DNA of 63,973 nt, counting the filler, from Klebsormidium nitens (lineage: Eukaryota; Plantae; Klebsormidiophyceae): the NCBI GenBank assembly GCA_000708835.1. It is 7 parts of 7 records of this genome, joined end to end, with 100 filler letters (N's around TTAATTAATTAA, not from the genome) between each part and the next. Parts side by side here need not be neighbours in the genome. Positions count along the whole stretch, not along the records: positions 52,910 to 55,762 come from DF238633.1; positions 55,863 to 61,990 come from DF237580.1; positions 62,091 to 63,973 come from DF238363.1; 4 more parts are not named here. One strand, given 5' to 3'. Of the stretch, positions 55,621 through 63,973 are shown piece after piece. The translations under genes and the position numbers were made by a program. Positions within the stretch are counted from its first letter, which is position 1. Every line of letters begins with the position of its first letter. Under the pieces are notes generated by a model, which made no database searches, was not told the DNA's origin, and saw only the letters and a list, made by a program, of their open reading frames with translations.

Positions 55621-55862
55621 TCGTTCTCGACAGGATTTCGTTGACCGCGAGTTAGCGAAACGGCGGTGGTTACGTCTTAACGACGCACTGCGTAGCTGTC
55701 TGCAAGACGGCGTAATATCCCGGATGGATCGGCTTCAGTGAGCCGATGTTACCGTTCAGGATNNNNNNNNNNNNNNNNNNNNNNNNNNNNNNNNNNNNNN
55801 NNNNNNTTAATTAATTAANNNNNNNNNNNNNNNNNNNNNNNNNNNNNNNNNNNNNNNNNNNN

Positions 55863-57184
55863 TTGGACATCGTAATGTACGCTTTGTACACGTCCGTACT
55901 GAGTTTGTTGCGGAGGTCAACCCCACCGACGCACTCTTCCCAACGATGCCCGCTGAACTTGTACCATGTAGTGTTGTTTTTCTGGTCTTTTGTACTGACG
56001 TAGTCAAACTTGTACATAGAGTACACAACCTGCGCCACGTCATAATGACTGCCAGATAGTGACGTCATCAGAGCGGTTTGTAGGCTGGTCTCGTTGTACT
56101 TCTTGTACGCGTCAGGACTGTCCAACTTAGCCCAATAGTGCAGACTGCGGATGGTGTTGCCCGGTTTGAAGTCGTACCACAACTTTTCACATTCGCCAGA
56201 CTTGTACTTCGATGAGAGTTGGCTGAATGTATCCCAGACTGGCAACAAACTTTCGTCGCCGCTCTTCAAGCTTGAACCGAGTGCAAGCCAGTCAGAGCGG
56301 TTGTCCGCACGTGAGGGAGAAAGCATAGCCACAAGCTGTTGTACCTCGCCAAGAAGTACCATGTTACACTTGGGCTTAGTTTCACAAACAACCTTGGCAG
56401 CTTCAGCCTTAGCCGCCTTCTTCTCGACAAATTCGGCAACCTCCGCCTTTTTCTCCTCAAGTACAGGCAGGGTGAGCGAAGAATACTTGTTTTGAATCGA
56501 AAGGCGGTCAGTCAGATCGGGTAGTTCATCTTCGCAGTCTTCTCTTTCGCCGTCCTGACCCCACAACTTGTACGTGCAAGTGTACGCTGGACCTTTGCCA
56601 TCTTTAGTACTACCGTACAAGAGCAGCGGGTTCTTCTCGATCACCTGCGAGTCGTACATATCCTCAAAACTGTTGCGGAACGTGACGTCAGCGAAAATGT
56701 CGGAGATCGTGCCAGATTTTAACAGGTTTGTACGGATGATGTGCTGGACAGCGGGACACGTGACCAGATCGGGGAAGTGCAGGTGGAAACCGTCTTTATA
56801 CGGGTGATTCTTGTCCTTCCTCGGGGCAGGCTTCTCGAGTACGTAACACACCAAGGCTCCCTCGTCAAACTTGACGTAATTAGAGGCTTCCTTGGTGACG
56901 GCGTCATACAATGCCTTGATGTGGTCGGTAGTGTAAATACGAGTAGCCGAGTCCTGCTTGAGATCGAAATCAATGAATATAGGGGACTGACCCAAGTGCT
57001 GTTCAGTTAACGACAGGTGCACCTTCTTCTTGAGAGCCGCGTTGTACAGTGCCATAAACTCATCATATTGTTCAGATTTGATGTAGTAACTTCCCAAGAA
57101 ATCACCAGCACAACCAGTGTGCGTGAATTCAGATCCTTTTGCCACTTGAAGGGGGGCGAGGAAGTTCAGAAGCTTTGTTGCCAT
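55863..57184 (-). CDS. NCLDV/PLV-type D5 primase-helicase (AEP + PriCT-2 + start of D5_N), 3'-truncated by gap
   Basis: ATG at 57184. KGSEFTHT...GSYYI...LSLTEQ...IFIDFDLK; KDGFHLHFP; LLYGSTK; PriCT-2 RADNRSDWLALGSSLK...WDTFSQLSSKY..GECEKLW...LHYWAKLDSPDAY; WYKFSGHRW. Confidence 0.92.
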
Positions 57185-57205
57185 TTTATATACCTGGCGA
57201 CATTT

Positions 57206-57217
57206 CTTTAAGTAGTT
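57206..57217 (-). promoter_or_regulatory. Conserved upstream motif AACTACTTAAAG (instance 1)
   Basis: Identical at 58078-58089, with variants at 58479-58490 and 60769-60779. Each is about 21-37 nt upstream of a minus-strand ATG. Confidence 0.65.
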
Positions 57218-57261
57218 TTCATTTTGATTGAAAATGAAATGAAAAAAAGGATGTTTTGCGA

Positions 57262-58041
57262 TTAAAGTGCAAACTTGGCTTTTAGGTAACCCAGTGAGAG
57301 TCCGACAATTGGAGTTTGCGGACGGATGGTTCGGACAGCCCATGTGGCATAATTCTCCTCAATCTCATGTACAAACCTGCCCTTGTACTTACCCATTGGC
57401 CAAATACAATTCGAGGCTTCTGGCACATATTTCGGACGTACATCAATCTCGTCGGGGTTTGTGTCGCGGTCGATTTTCCGCATATACTCACTAATGTTGA
57501 TCGGACGGCGGGCAATCTGCGCAATCTCCTTCATCCGATTCTCGAACATCCGACGGCCGAAAGCTGCCCGACAGTCGGGACAGTAGCCTATCTCGCTCTT
57601 CCTCTGTTTCTCGCCACACTCGTTACAGCGGCGACCGTCGCGCTTTTCGCGGCAGGGGGTACAATAGTTGTCTTTGCGATTCTTGTGCGGCATACGGCAG
57701 TCTGAACAGGTCTTACCCTGGTTGTCACGAGGCAGAAATTTTCGGATACAGCAGTTCCCTACCACAAACAGTTTGGGCGGTTTGCATCGCACGTCATCGG
57801 GCATATATTCCACGTAGCAGTTCTCTTTGATCCAGTGAGTGCATTCACACTCCTCCACAAAATCAGGCTGATCAGAGGAACTGCCAAACCGTTTCATGAA
57901 ATAGTCGAACCGACCTTCTTTGTTTCCCCCGGCGTAATAGAAGTAACGGAACGATTTTGCGCCAGTCTTTAAGAAGAGGTTCTCCTTCAAAAGTTGTGCA
58001 TACACTTGCCCGGGAGACAAAATAGTGCCCGGGGGATCCAT
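57262..58041 (-). CDS. Cys-rich putative multi-zinc-binding protein with C-terminal WPMGKYKG domain (259 aa)
   Basis: CECTHWIKENC...VGNCCIRKF, several CxxC pairs, and a C-terminal MGKYKG..V.EI...Y..W pattern seen in phage/viral proteins. Confidence 0.8.
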   Translation of the reverse strand: MDPPGTILSPGQVYAQLLKENLFLKTGAKSFRYFYYAGGNKEGRFDYFMKRFGSSSDQPDFVEECECTHWIKENCYVEYMPDDVRCKPPKLFVVGNCCIRKFLPRDNQGKTCSDCRMPHKNRKDNYCTPCREKRDGRRCNECGEKQRKSEIGYCPDCRAAFGRRMFENRMKEIAQIARRPINISEYMRKIDRDTNPDEIDVRPKYVPEASNCIWPMGKYKGRFVHEIEENYATWAVRTIRPQTPIVGLSLGYLKAKFAL

Positions 58042-58118
58042 ACAACGTTGTATGTGTGAACAAAAAAAATGAATTGTCTTTAAGTAGTTTGCCTTTTGTT
58101 CAAAAAAGGGAATGTAAA

Positions 58119-58451
58119 TTACTTTTGGGAAGCGGCTGCCTTTGCTGCCCTGCGTTCCTCACGAACCTTCGCTGATCTTTCCTTTGCCTTTTGTTTCTTT
58201 TTTTCACGGTATTCGGGGTCTGTCTTATAGCGTTCATTGCTTCGCTTATTGATCTGGTCACGCTCTTCTTTGCTGAGTTTGTGAAAACGCTCGCGAGCGG
58301 CAGTCCGAACTTTTTCTGCATACTCTGTGTCTTCCTTGTACTTCTTGGTTTGTTTCGATGCGGTCAGATTCTGTCCGACCTTCTCCATGTGTTCAGCAAT
58401 TTGGGTCAGCGCAAATGCTTTTATTGTAGCGGTCAACATTTCGATGTCCAT
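58119..58451 (-). CDS. Small basic helical protein (110 aa)
   Basis: ATG preceded by a promoter-motif variant. K/R/E-rich, with ERYKTDPEYREKKK. Confidence 0.7.
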   Translation of the reverse strand: MDIEMLTATIKAFALTQIAEHMEKVGQNLTASKQTKKYKEDTEYAEKVRTAARERFHKLSKEERDQINKRSNERYKTDPEYREKKKQKAKERSAKVREERRAAKAAASQK

Positions 58452-58530
58452 TCTTACTATTTATATTAGCTGTCATTTCTTTAAATGGTTTTCTTTTGTC
58501 ATAAAATTAAAAGTTTTTGGCGCGAGCACT

Positions 58531-58770
58531 TCACACGTCTGGCTCTGATGCGGATGCTGCTGCCTTCTTTTTAGCGTAGTAATTGTGCATGTAATTCTTG
58601 ACCCTCGCTCTACAGTCTGGGTCATTATGGTACTTTTCGCGATTCCGAGTTCGCTGCCTTTCGCGCATGATCTCTTTTCTCTCCTCAGGAATATTCTTAT
58701 AGTAGAACTTGCAACACAAAGCGTGCATAGCTTTGTATTCGTCAATAGAAATATCCTTCGTCTGTTCCAT
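58531..58770 (-). CDS. Small basic protein (79 aa)
   Basis: REKYHNDPDCRARVK resembles the motif of the neighbouring ORF. Tightly packed on the same strand. Confidence 0.6.
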   Translation of the reverse strand: MEQTKDISIDEYKAMHALCCKFYYKNIPEERKEIMRERQRTRNREKYHNDPDCRARVKNYMHNYYAKKKAAASASEPDV

Positions 58771-58844
58771 TTAGTTTTAATGAGATAATTTGTGCGGGAA
58801 ATGAACCACAACTTTATATATCTTCCATATAGTAAAGAGGAAAT

Positions 58845-60110
58845 ATGCCAAGGACACGCACGTCAAGAAATGCTGGTAAAGTTATCAATCTCGATGACGA
58901 ATCGGAACCTTCGAGTGCTGCGGCGGCGGTAGGTAGAGCGACGAGAAGCAAAGCACCCGCACCTGCTCCACCACCAGCACCACCACCTGCTGACCCGAAG
59001 GTAAACAAGCCTGCACCTAAACCCAGGAGAGCAAGTAAAGCTTCGAAAGGTAAAGAGAAGGTTGTGACGATTGAGGATACGACTCGGCAGATTGATGCAA
59101 ACGCCAACTTAGCTCCCGAAACGCAATCAGATTATGTGCGCAAGACTAATTTTATCAGTCGCTGTCTCAAGGAGAAGAACATTCAGAAGCTTGTAAATCA
59201 GCCAGACAAGGTGATTGAGTATATACGAAACAGGTACACGAACATGAATTCACGCACTGGTTATGCTACAGCGTTTTGCTCGCTTCTAAAACATACAACT
59301 TTGCAGGTGACAGATGCGGTGCAACAGAAGTTCTTTGATTTCATGATGGAATCAGCAAATGCCGTTCAGGAAATTAACAAAGACAACGTGCACAAGGTTG
59401 ATGAAATCATGCTGAACGGCAAACGGATTGTGTGGAAAGACATTCTTAATCTTGAGGCAAAGATGCGCAAAGAACAATATGCGAGCAAAGACCATCTATT
59501 AGTGGCAATGTTTTGCTTAATTAGCCCGAGGCGTTTGCGCGATTATTGCAAGATGGAGGTATTCAAAAGCAAGGCTGAATATGATCGAGCAGGCGATGTC
59601 AATAAGATGTGGGTCGATACTCGGAACAAATGTGCTCACATGAGCATCTCTGATTTCAAAACAGCAAAAGATTATGGAACCTACACTGCAAAAATCACTG
59701 GAGTCCTATATGAGATCATCAAAACTAGTTTAGCGGAGCACAAGCGTCGTTGGTTATTCCAAAACACAAACGCCGACCCCTATACAAGCGGGACTTTCTC
59801 TAAGTTACTAACTGATGCTTTCAAAAAGAACCTACATGTTTCTTGTGGCTGTAATTCAATTCGTCACTTGAAAATTACAGACTTCAACAAGTCTAATCCG
59901 TCGCTTAGAGAACGGGAAAAGCTAGCCTTGGAGATGGGGAACTCGGTCCAGATGCAAGGGTACTACAACCAGCCGGACACCGATGCAACCAGAGCTGCAA
60001 AAGAGGCAGAGAAGAACGCAAAGTTAGCTGAAATCAAAAAGCTGCGGGAGCAGATTGATTCTAGTATAAAAAAGATTAGTCAGTTGAGCCAGGAACTCGC
60101 TGAATTGTAA
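58845..60110 (+). CDS. Tyrosine recombinase/integrase, PLV/NCLDV type (421 aa)
   Basis: Catalytic pattern SPRRLRDY (R), FKTAKDYG (K), NSIRHLKIT (R-H), MGNSVQMQGYY (Y), with a Pro-rich basic N-terminal extension. Confidence 0.88.
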   Translation: MPRTRTSRNAGKVINLDDESEPSSAAAAVGRATRSKAPAPAPPPAPPPADPKVNKPAPKPRRASKASKGKEKVVTIEDTTRQIDANANLAPETQSDYVRKTNFISRCLKEKNIQKLVNQPDKVIEYIRNRYTNMNSRTGYATAFCSLLKHTTLQVTDAVQQKFFDFMMESANAVQEINKDNVHKVDEIMLNGKRIVWKDILNLEAKMRKEQYASKDHLLVAMFCLISPRRLRDYCKMEVFKSKAEYDRAGDVNKMWVDTRNKCAHMSISDFKTAKDYGTYTAKITGVLYEIIKTSLAEHKRRWLFQNTNADPYTSGTFSKLLTDAFKKNLHVSCGCNSIRHLKITDFNKSNPSLREREKLALEMGNSVQMQGYYNQPDTDATRAAKEAEKNAKLAEIKKLREQIDSSIKKISQLSQELAEL

Positions 60111-60738
60111 GCAGTTCTTTGTGAGCTCTTTTCATGTGACGTGGGATAGAACCTTTTCGAAGTTCTTTGTTACACTCTGGGCAATTTGCCAAAGGATTTT
60201 TGTGGACAATTTTCAAATGGTTGATGCACGAATCTCTGCGTAGTTCCTTATCACATTCGGGACACTTGACAATTTCTGCTCTTCTTGCTGCTACTCTTTC
60301 TTTATTTTTCTCATAATAAGCTTTTCCAGTTGTTTTTGCTTTTTCCAACTGATCTTCCCTGTTTTGTTGATACCATCTTTTCATGTTGGCAGATCTTTTC
60401 TCCTTGTTTTCCTCCCGATATTCTTTTTGTGTTCTACCAGGCACAACAATGTTTAATGTAGCATTTAACAGACGAATCCAATAAGCTTCACGCTGCCTCA
60501 GTTCATCAATAGAAGTACAAGGGAAGAATTCAACCAGTTCAAGTTTTATCCCTAGCCATTTTGTATCAAGCTGATTGATTGCTTGATATATCAGCCTGTT
60601 CATCTTTTCTGGTACTTTAGAAGCCTCTACGTGCCTACTTCTTCGTTGAGACAGAAAGGGTCTGGTCGTGCTTCCAACATAAACTCCGTGACCAGGCACA
60701 TCAATTCTGTAGATTTTCGACAGCTGATAGTCTGGCAT
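60076..60738 (-). CDS. GIY-YIG endonuclease with two C-terminal C2H2-like fingers (220 aa)
   Basis: KIYRI...YVGST...RRSRH...LVEFFPC...ELRQREAYWI...LN..PGRTQKEY; fingers CPECDKELRRDSCINHLKIVH and CPECNKELRKGSIPRHMKRAH. Confidence 0.9.
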   Translation of the reverse strand: MPDYQLSKIYRIDVPGHGVYVGSTTRPFLSQRRSRHVEASKVPEKMNRLIYQAINQLDTKWLGIKLELVEFFPCTSIDELRQREAYWIRLLNATLNIVVPGRTQKEYREENKEKRSANMKRWYQQNREDQLEKAKTTGKAYYEKNKERVAARRAEIVKCPECDKELRRDSCINHLKIVHKNPLANCPECNKELRKGSIPRHMKRAHKELLTIQRVPGSTD

Positions 60739-60793
60739 CTTGTCTTTTTATATCTTTTGTTGTCTTCCCTTTAAGTATTAACAAACGCTCACC

Positions 60794-61406
60794 TTATTTT
60801 TTGGTTCTCTTGGGGGTGACCTTAGTTTTCCCCTTGCCCTTGTCTGGGGACACCTCCTTGTCCTCCACGCGAGGCTCGGACGGTCCTGCTTCGTCCTCGA
60901 ATGTCTCACGAACAGGAGACATCTCCTGCATGCGCTGGTACTCCTCCTCCAAACGGCGGCGCTGGTACTCCTCCTCCTGTGCTGCGGGGTCTTCGATCTC
61001 GTCATTCCCTTCCTGCTGAGGTTGGGGGTCAGGGCTCACGCTGCGACGGATTCTGTTTACTGCCCTCTGGAAAATGGTTGGTTGGGGTTCGGGTTCAGGC
61101 TGGGGTTCAAGCTGGGGTTCAGGCTGGGGTTGAGGCTGGGGTTGGAGATCGGGCTGGGGTTCCGGAGACGCTGATGCCCTTCCACGTCCACCACGCCCTC
61201 CACCCCCGCCTCTGCCGCCACCGCCGCCTGGAGCAGGAGGATTCCCAGGAGCAGGAGGATTTTCGGGAGCAGGAGGATTCTTAGAGGAGCAAAGTGCATT
61301 ATATAGGGCTTCCAAACCACTTTTTGACAGAAGAAGTGGCTGCTGTTGCAGTCAAAGCTGTACGCCTCAAACTTACGATCACGTTTAGAGATCCACGTGG
61401 AGGCAT
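60794..61406 (-). CDS. Disordered RGG / PQE-repeat / basic-tail protein, probably two exons (171 aa)
   Basis: Exon 1 61406-61377 (MPPRGSLNVI), donor GTAAGT, 97-nt intron, acceptor CTTTGCTCCTCTAAG, exon 2 61279-60794 in phase 0. Contains NPPAP x3, GGRGGRGR, (Q/E)P repeats and KGKGKTKVTPKRTKK. Confidence 0.6.
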
Positions 61407-61480
61407 TGCCGACGGTTTCGGTAGTTACGATACTCTACCCGCTGTTACCGTCATAAATTGCAAGAAAGTCCGTCGACGCT

Positions 61481-61834
61481 CTACCAGTCAACCGAGATTG
61501 GATGCCTCCCTTCTGTTACTTTTATTTTTCGCGTAATAGTTGCATATGACTGATTCGGATTCTCAGGTATTGACGTAATAGAGATATTGAGACATAACCA
61601 ATTATCACTTTCTTTGGTTATGTCATATTTCCAATCAAAAAGAGATAGATCTTCTGAATCGTAGTACACAACCCCAGTCATCGATTTGTGAGATCCGTTA
61701 TCACTGTTCATATATTCAACCAAATCCCCATAGAGTATTATGAGACGATCGCAATCTACTGAACCCAGAAGTTTTGCTTCGGCATACGCCGTTAAAAGAA
61801 TAATGTCGCTCATGAGTTTCTCATAATCTATCAT
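61481..61834 (-). CDS. Hypothetical protein (117 aa)
   Basis: ATG-initiated ORF on the same strand as its neighbours in the dense element. No family recognised. Confidence 0.55.
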   Translation of the reverse strand: MIDYEKLMSDIILLTAYAEAKLLGSVDCDRLIILYGDLVEYMNSDNGSHKSMTGVVYYDSEDLSLFDWKYDITKESDNWLCLNISITSIPENPNQSYATITRKIKVTEGRHPISVDW

Positions 61835-61939
61835 TTTTCTATGTAATGAGAAAAAAAAAGAGTAAAGAATCCGCGAAAGATAAAAGGGAGCCGTAGAATA
61901 TGATGTAATTTAATGTATTATTTCTTATTATTTTTGAGT

Positions 61940-61990
61940 AAGTGGGGAGAGAGAAGTGGGGAGAGAGAAGTGGGGAGGGAGAAGTGGGGA
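61940..61990. repeat. 14-bp G-rich tandem repeat (AAGTGGGGAGAGAG)x3.6, running into the gap
   Basis: Units start at 61940, 61954, 61968 and 61982. Four GGGG tracts. Confidence 0.9.
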
Positions 61991-63973
61991 NNNNNNNNNN
62001 NNNNNNNNNNNNNNNNNNNNNNNNNNNNNNNNNNTTAATTAATTAANNNNNNNNNNNNNNNNNNNNNNNNNNNNNNNNNNNNNNNNNNNNACTTGTACGA
62101 CACAGTACGAGGTAAGTAGCTGACAATCTTGTAGGTACGTACGTCGCAATTTTCCGGTACCGGTATGCTTGCTCAGAGCTGTACATAGGTACAGAGCACA
62201 CCGGGGCCCGGCTTTGACCACGTGGTCGCTCAGAATTCCTCGAAGATTCTACCGAGGAAGCTGGAGGCGCCAGCTGGGGCTAGAAAGGCTGCAGCGCGCG
62301 ACGAACTCAAGCCCCTCGCCCGCGCATCATGCTCAATCTGGCAACAGCGCCGATGCGCACCCCACTTAACTCGCGCAACTGACAAAATAATTCTGACATT
62401 AATTCCAAGTCGAGCGGTTTTGAACCGAGTAACTGCAACTAACCATCTGAAATCCGGCATAAAATCTGTCAATCTCAGGGTGCCACGTGTCCCCCCTTCC
62501 GTCTCTGCCGGTGGCCTTAAAATTCCGCTCGGGGTCTGTTCGACCGGGGGCTGTTCCCGAGTGGGACATTTTGAGGGCAAGAATGTGCGCCTCGCACACG
62601 TATGCTGCGTAGGGCCCGTTACGTATCGCAGTATTTGGCCATACGTGCACGCATTTCTGACCACCTAAACCAGATTCAGCCTCGACTGCAAGCAAAATAA
62701 CAACGGACTGCGGGCCAATATGAAATCTAAGTCGGCGATGTCGAATTCTCAATTCCAGCATCCATAGCATACCTTCAGCAGCAGCCAGGGCGGCCCGAGT
62801 TGCACCGCTCAAAGCTTGGACGCATGGCTTTTGAGTAGAATCTCAATTAAGTGCATGGTCGGTTGATCTATGGATTGAACCGGCAGCGTGTTACTATTCC
62901 AGCTGTTAGATATTGTTTTGACGGACCCTCATGTGCCTTCTGACGGAAACCCCTGCGAAAAGAGCAGATGTACTTGATAACGTGAAACATGCTTTTTCAA
63001 TCACTGCGCTTTCTCCGTTGAGACGTTTTGGAGGATACATGTCCATTCCATGCCGGGAAACAGACACGTTTAGACACATTTTCTTAGTGAAGAGTTTGAT
63101 TGGGTAGTGTACCACATGTGGACTTGCATGAATCTCCTTCAAGATTGGATTTGCTACTGAGGGGACGGACATGAGATGCTATCAATCCATGCCATATTCC
63201 TATGATTGTGAAGCCGTTTGGGCGCAGATGCGCCATGTTGAGTAGCAAATGAATACTTCCAGTTTGAAAGCCAACATGCAACGCTTTGCAATCGGGACAT
63301 TGAAAGGAGTGATTGGCAAATGTTTCTCGGTCGTAGCGCGAAAAGTTGGGTCATGGAGCAGCGTCAAGTCGCATTTCGCAAAACTTGTCACAATGCCGAG
63401 GCCACTCTTCTTCGCTCGTCATGCAATATCGCATAGGTGCAGGCCTATTTTGGGTGCGTACTTGTGGATGCAAAGATGGTACAAATACAACATTCGAAAT
63501 GCTGCGAACTTTCGTAGTCTTTGATTACGAGGTTCAATCTCCAATCGGCTCCCTTCTATGTCTGCACATGAAGCGCTCGGATGGCATACTTAAGAATGTT
63601 GAAGCATGCTCCTCTTGTTGGTCCAAGTGCACGAGCCTCACATGTGGCACCAGACTTGAGAATTTTCCAAACAGCCAACGGTCCTCTTGAATCCATCCGT
63701 ACCTTCTTTACTTTCCACTTGCAACGGACCCTGTTGCAGCCAAAACCCTTGCGAAATTACACATTGCACTGCGCTAACAAACGTCCTTGAGGCAGTCTAG
63801 GTGATGCCGCTCATCAGCCGTCAAGTAGTGCTCCGCATTCGACCTTGAGATGCACAGCTGCACAATTTCGAACTCGTTCCCCTCCAGTGCTTGGAGCCGC
63901 TCGGAGTGCCTCAGCATGGATTGGGCATAGCTGGCCGCGTTGACCTCTGCCGGGTACGCTAGAAGAATTCGTA

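Larger units (their letters stand above)
55863..61990. mobile_element. Polinton-like-virus / virophage-type element fragment
   Basis: Whole contig of AT-richer, tightly packed genes: AEP-PriCT2-D5 primase, tyrosine recombinase, GIY-YIG nuclease, Cys-rich and small basic ORFs, with a shared promoter motif. No capsid, ATPase or protease gene in the fragment, so the class is inferred. Confidence 0.65.

Noticed and set aside
55620-55762. Unusual TACG-rich sequence at contig ends (also 62091-62220 and ~39500-39632)
   Set aside because: It lies at contig ends and scrambles an expected reading frame; it resembles low-quality read-end noise.
52910-57184. Convergent pair of D5 primase genes as one element
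   Set aside because: They are on different contigs (spacer 55763-55862), with different primase families, composition and intron content.
29945-62090. TTAATTAATTAA palindrome recurring six times
   Set aside because: Always centred in 44 N + 44 N and a stop in all six frames: an artificial concatenation linker, not biology.
62091-63973. ORFs of 60-150 aa in the last contig
   Set aside because: No recognisable motifs, frequent stops and no consistent coding strand; left unannotated.

Overview
This is eukaryotic nuclear DNA and not one continuous locus. Six artificial 100-nt spacers (44 N + TTAATTAATTAA + 44 N) join seven unrelated pieces: A 1-29944, B 30045-39632, C 39733-44149, D 44250-52809, E 52910-55762, F 55863-61990 and G 62091-63973. 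Adjacency across spacers means nothing. The host looks like a green-plant-lineage (streptophyte-alga-like) organism, inferred from GT-AG introns, a plant-type HNH gene, a TORNADO1-like Roco gene and chromodomain Ty3/Gypsy elements. The window is rich in virus-derived DNA. The main result is a compact, mostly intact large-DNA-virus 'chromatin module' at about 18.36-23.58 kb. (1) A family-B DNA polymerase gene has two spliceosomal-type introns. The 804-nt GC-AG intron 2 splits the conserved RGQQ|IRVFS motif and is almost entirely filled by an intact OTU deubiquitinase ORF. (2) Four 34-bp-periodic hairpin repeats lie between two TATA boxes. (3) A head-to-head H4-like / H3-like histone-fold gene pair has start codons only 47 bp apart. 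The H3-like fold is fused, through a Gly linker and K/S/G/R-rich 18-aa repeats, to a catalytically dead OTU domain. Elsewhere: an 18-kb field of decayed paralogous repeats, LRR and Roco genes, three AntA/T5orf172-like viral paralogs, a possible HEPN pseudogene, a chlorovirus-like C5 methyltransferase, two Gypsy fragments, an intron-containing PrimPol-D5 gene, and a Polinton-like-virus-type fragment (AEP/D5 primase, tyrosine recombinase, GIY-YIG nuclease) with a shared promoter motif. All family assignments come from motif recognition by eye; no database search was run.
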